A stretch of DNA of 64,000 nucleotides from positions 4,928,001 through 4,992,000 of the forward strand of contig CAWIAD010000002.1 in assembly GCA_963833985.1 (NCBI GenBank). The letters run 5' to 3'. Below are positions 62,942 through 64,000 of this stretch, piece after piece. Position numbers and translations under genes: made by a program. Every line of letters starts with the position of its first letter. Position 1 is the first letter of the stretch. Under the pieces are notes generated by a model. That model was given only the letters and a program-made list of their open reading frames with translations. It searched no databases and was not told the origin of the DNA. Origin of the DNA: an uncultured Planctomycetaceae bacterium. Its GTDB lineage: Bacteria; Planctomycetota; Planctomycetia; Isosphaerales; Isosphaeraceae.

Positions 62942-64000
62942 ATGAACCTCTCCATGAACCGGCGATCGTGGCTGCAACACGTCGCAGGCGCATCCGCAGC
63001 CTTGGCGTCTGGCCGGACGCGAGCTCTTGCCCGGGCGCCAGACCTCTCACGACTGGCCAGCGAAACGCTCGACTTCATCGTCCGCTGCGCCCGTGATGAC
63101 GGCGGCTACGCACCCTCGCCCGACCCAGCTTACACCGGCAACTCCGACACGAAGTTCAGCGACCTGGCCGCCGTCACCTACGCCGCCGTGCTCGCCCGGA
63201 CCATGGGCTGGGAGCTGCCGCACAAGGATCGCTCGATCGCGTTCCTGCTCCAGCATCAGCGGCCCGATGGCCACTTCGTGAACCTGGCCGGCAAGCATGA
63301 CCCGAAGAGCGACCTGGGAGTTCTCTACAATACCACGCAGGGCGTTGTTGCCCTGCGCGCCCTGGACGCAACACCCGCGCTCGACCCCCTGCCCCGCATC
63401 GCTCCCCTGCTCGCCGGCAACGCCTACAAGAAGCTTCCCTGGTACACGACGAGCTTTTTTCCCCTCCTGTGTGCGGCCCTGAACCGGCCGTTCCCGCGCG
63501 ACTGGCGCGACAAGCTGGCGCACTTCATGGAGGAGAACCAGGCCTCCGACGGATACCTGGGCGACCACGTCGCCGCCAGCTTCCACATGGCGCACTTCTT
63601 CCGGCTTGTGGGTGAGTCCACTCCGCATGCCGAAGCGATGGTGGCCCGCGTGCTGCGAGAGCAGAAACCGGACGGCGGCTGGAACATCAAGGAGCCCGAC
63701 TGGGACGTTCATTCCTGCTTCGACGCGGTATTTGTGCTTCGCCAGCTTGGCGGCGATGGGCCGAAGATCAAGCAGGCGATCGCCCGTGGCGCGGCCTGGT
63801 CGCTCGGCTGCCGCAACCCCGATGGCGGCTTCGGCCACTTCCCCGGCCGTCCCTCCGACATGGACGCGGTCTACTTTCAGTTCGGTACCTTGATCCAGGC
63901 GGGAATCATCCCCGGCGGCGCGGCGACCTGCCCGACGCCCAGACCCTGGGCTGGGGACACGCGATGCAGCCGGGGAAGCTCTACGGCACTGGCTCCGTCA
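62942..64000 (+). CDS. Prenyltransferase/squalene-oxidase repeat protein (partial at window end)
   Basis: Manual translation gives Tat-like MNLSMNRRSWL and repeats RDDGGY, QRPDGHF, QASDGY, QKPDGGW and RNPDGGFG. Confidence 0.75.
   Translation, partial: MNLSMNRRSWLQHVAGASAALASGRTRALARAPDLSRLASETLDFIVRCARDDGGYAPSPDPAYTGNSDTKFSDLAAVTYAAVLARTMGWELPHKDRSIAFLLQHQRPDGHFVNLAGKHDPKSDLGVLYNTTQGVVALRALDATPALDPLPRIAPLLAGNAYKKLPWYTTSFFPLLCAALNRPFPRDWRDKLAHFMEENQASDGYLGDHVAASFHMAHFFRLVGESTPHAEAMVARVLREQKPDGGWNIKEPDWDVHSCFDAVFVLRQLGGDGPKIKQAIARGAAWSLGCRNPDGGFGHFPGRPSDMDAVYFQFGTLIQAGIIPGGAATCPTPRPWAGDTRCSRGSSTALAPS

Overview
High-GC bacterial chromosomal segment. Gene content and protein style (DUF1080, DUF1570, a second S1-domain protein, many secreted hypotheticals) suggest Planctomycetota, probably Isosphaeraceae-like; this is an inference. 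It is mostly housekeeping and accessory genes: acyl-CoA synthetase, CbiA-like protein, split MscK/MscS, DacB, aldose epimerase, two-component and partner-switching regulators, a DRG-type GTPase, metH, yggS-yggU-aroA, nfo, ppk1, hisF-pilT-gspE-cvpA, rpsR, cdsA/plsC-like genes, ggt, HU, pcm, a CHAT-NACHT-TM protein, an orphan parD and a redoxin. About a dozen genes carry single-base frameshifts, several in G/C runs, best explained as long-read assembly errors. No rRNA, tRNA or CRISPR array was seen. Most noteworthy: (1) a RAYT-like Y1/HUH transposase followed by a 5-unit, ~37-bp tandem hairpin array; (2) two copies of a 148-bp MITE carrying an inverted REP-like doublet, one at a stop codon and one nested in other repeats; (3) a CHAT protease-NACHT-multi-TM NLR-like protein; (4) a signal-peptide-bearing PIMT coupled to a large secreted GH-like protein that appears to lack its nucleophile; (5) a CbiA paralog missing both its P-loop and catalytic Cys; (6) four sigma-54-type promoters, one possibly driving an sRNA. 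All calls are from reading motifs by eye; no searches were run.
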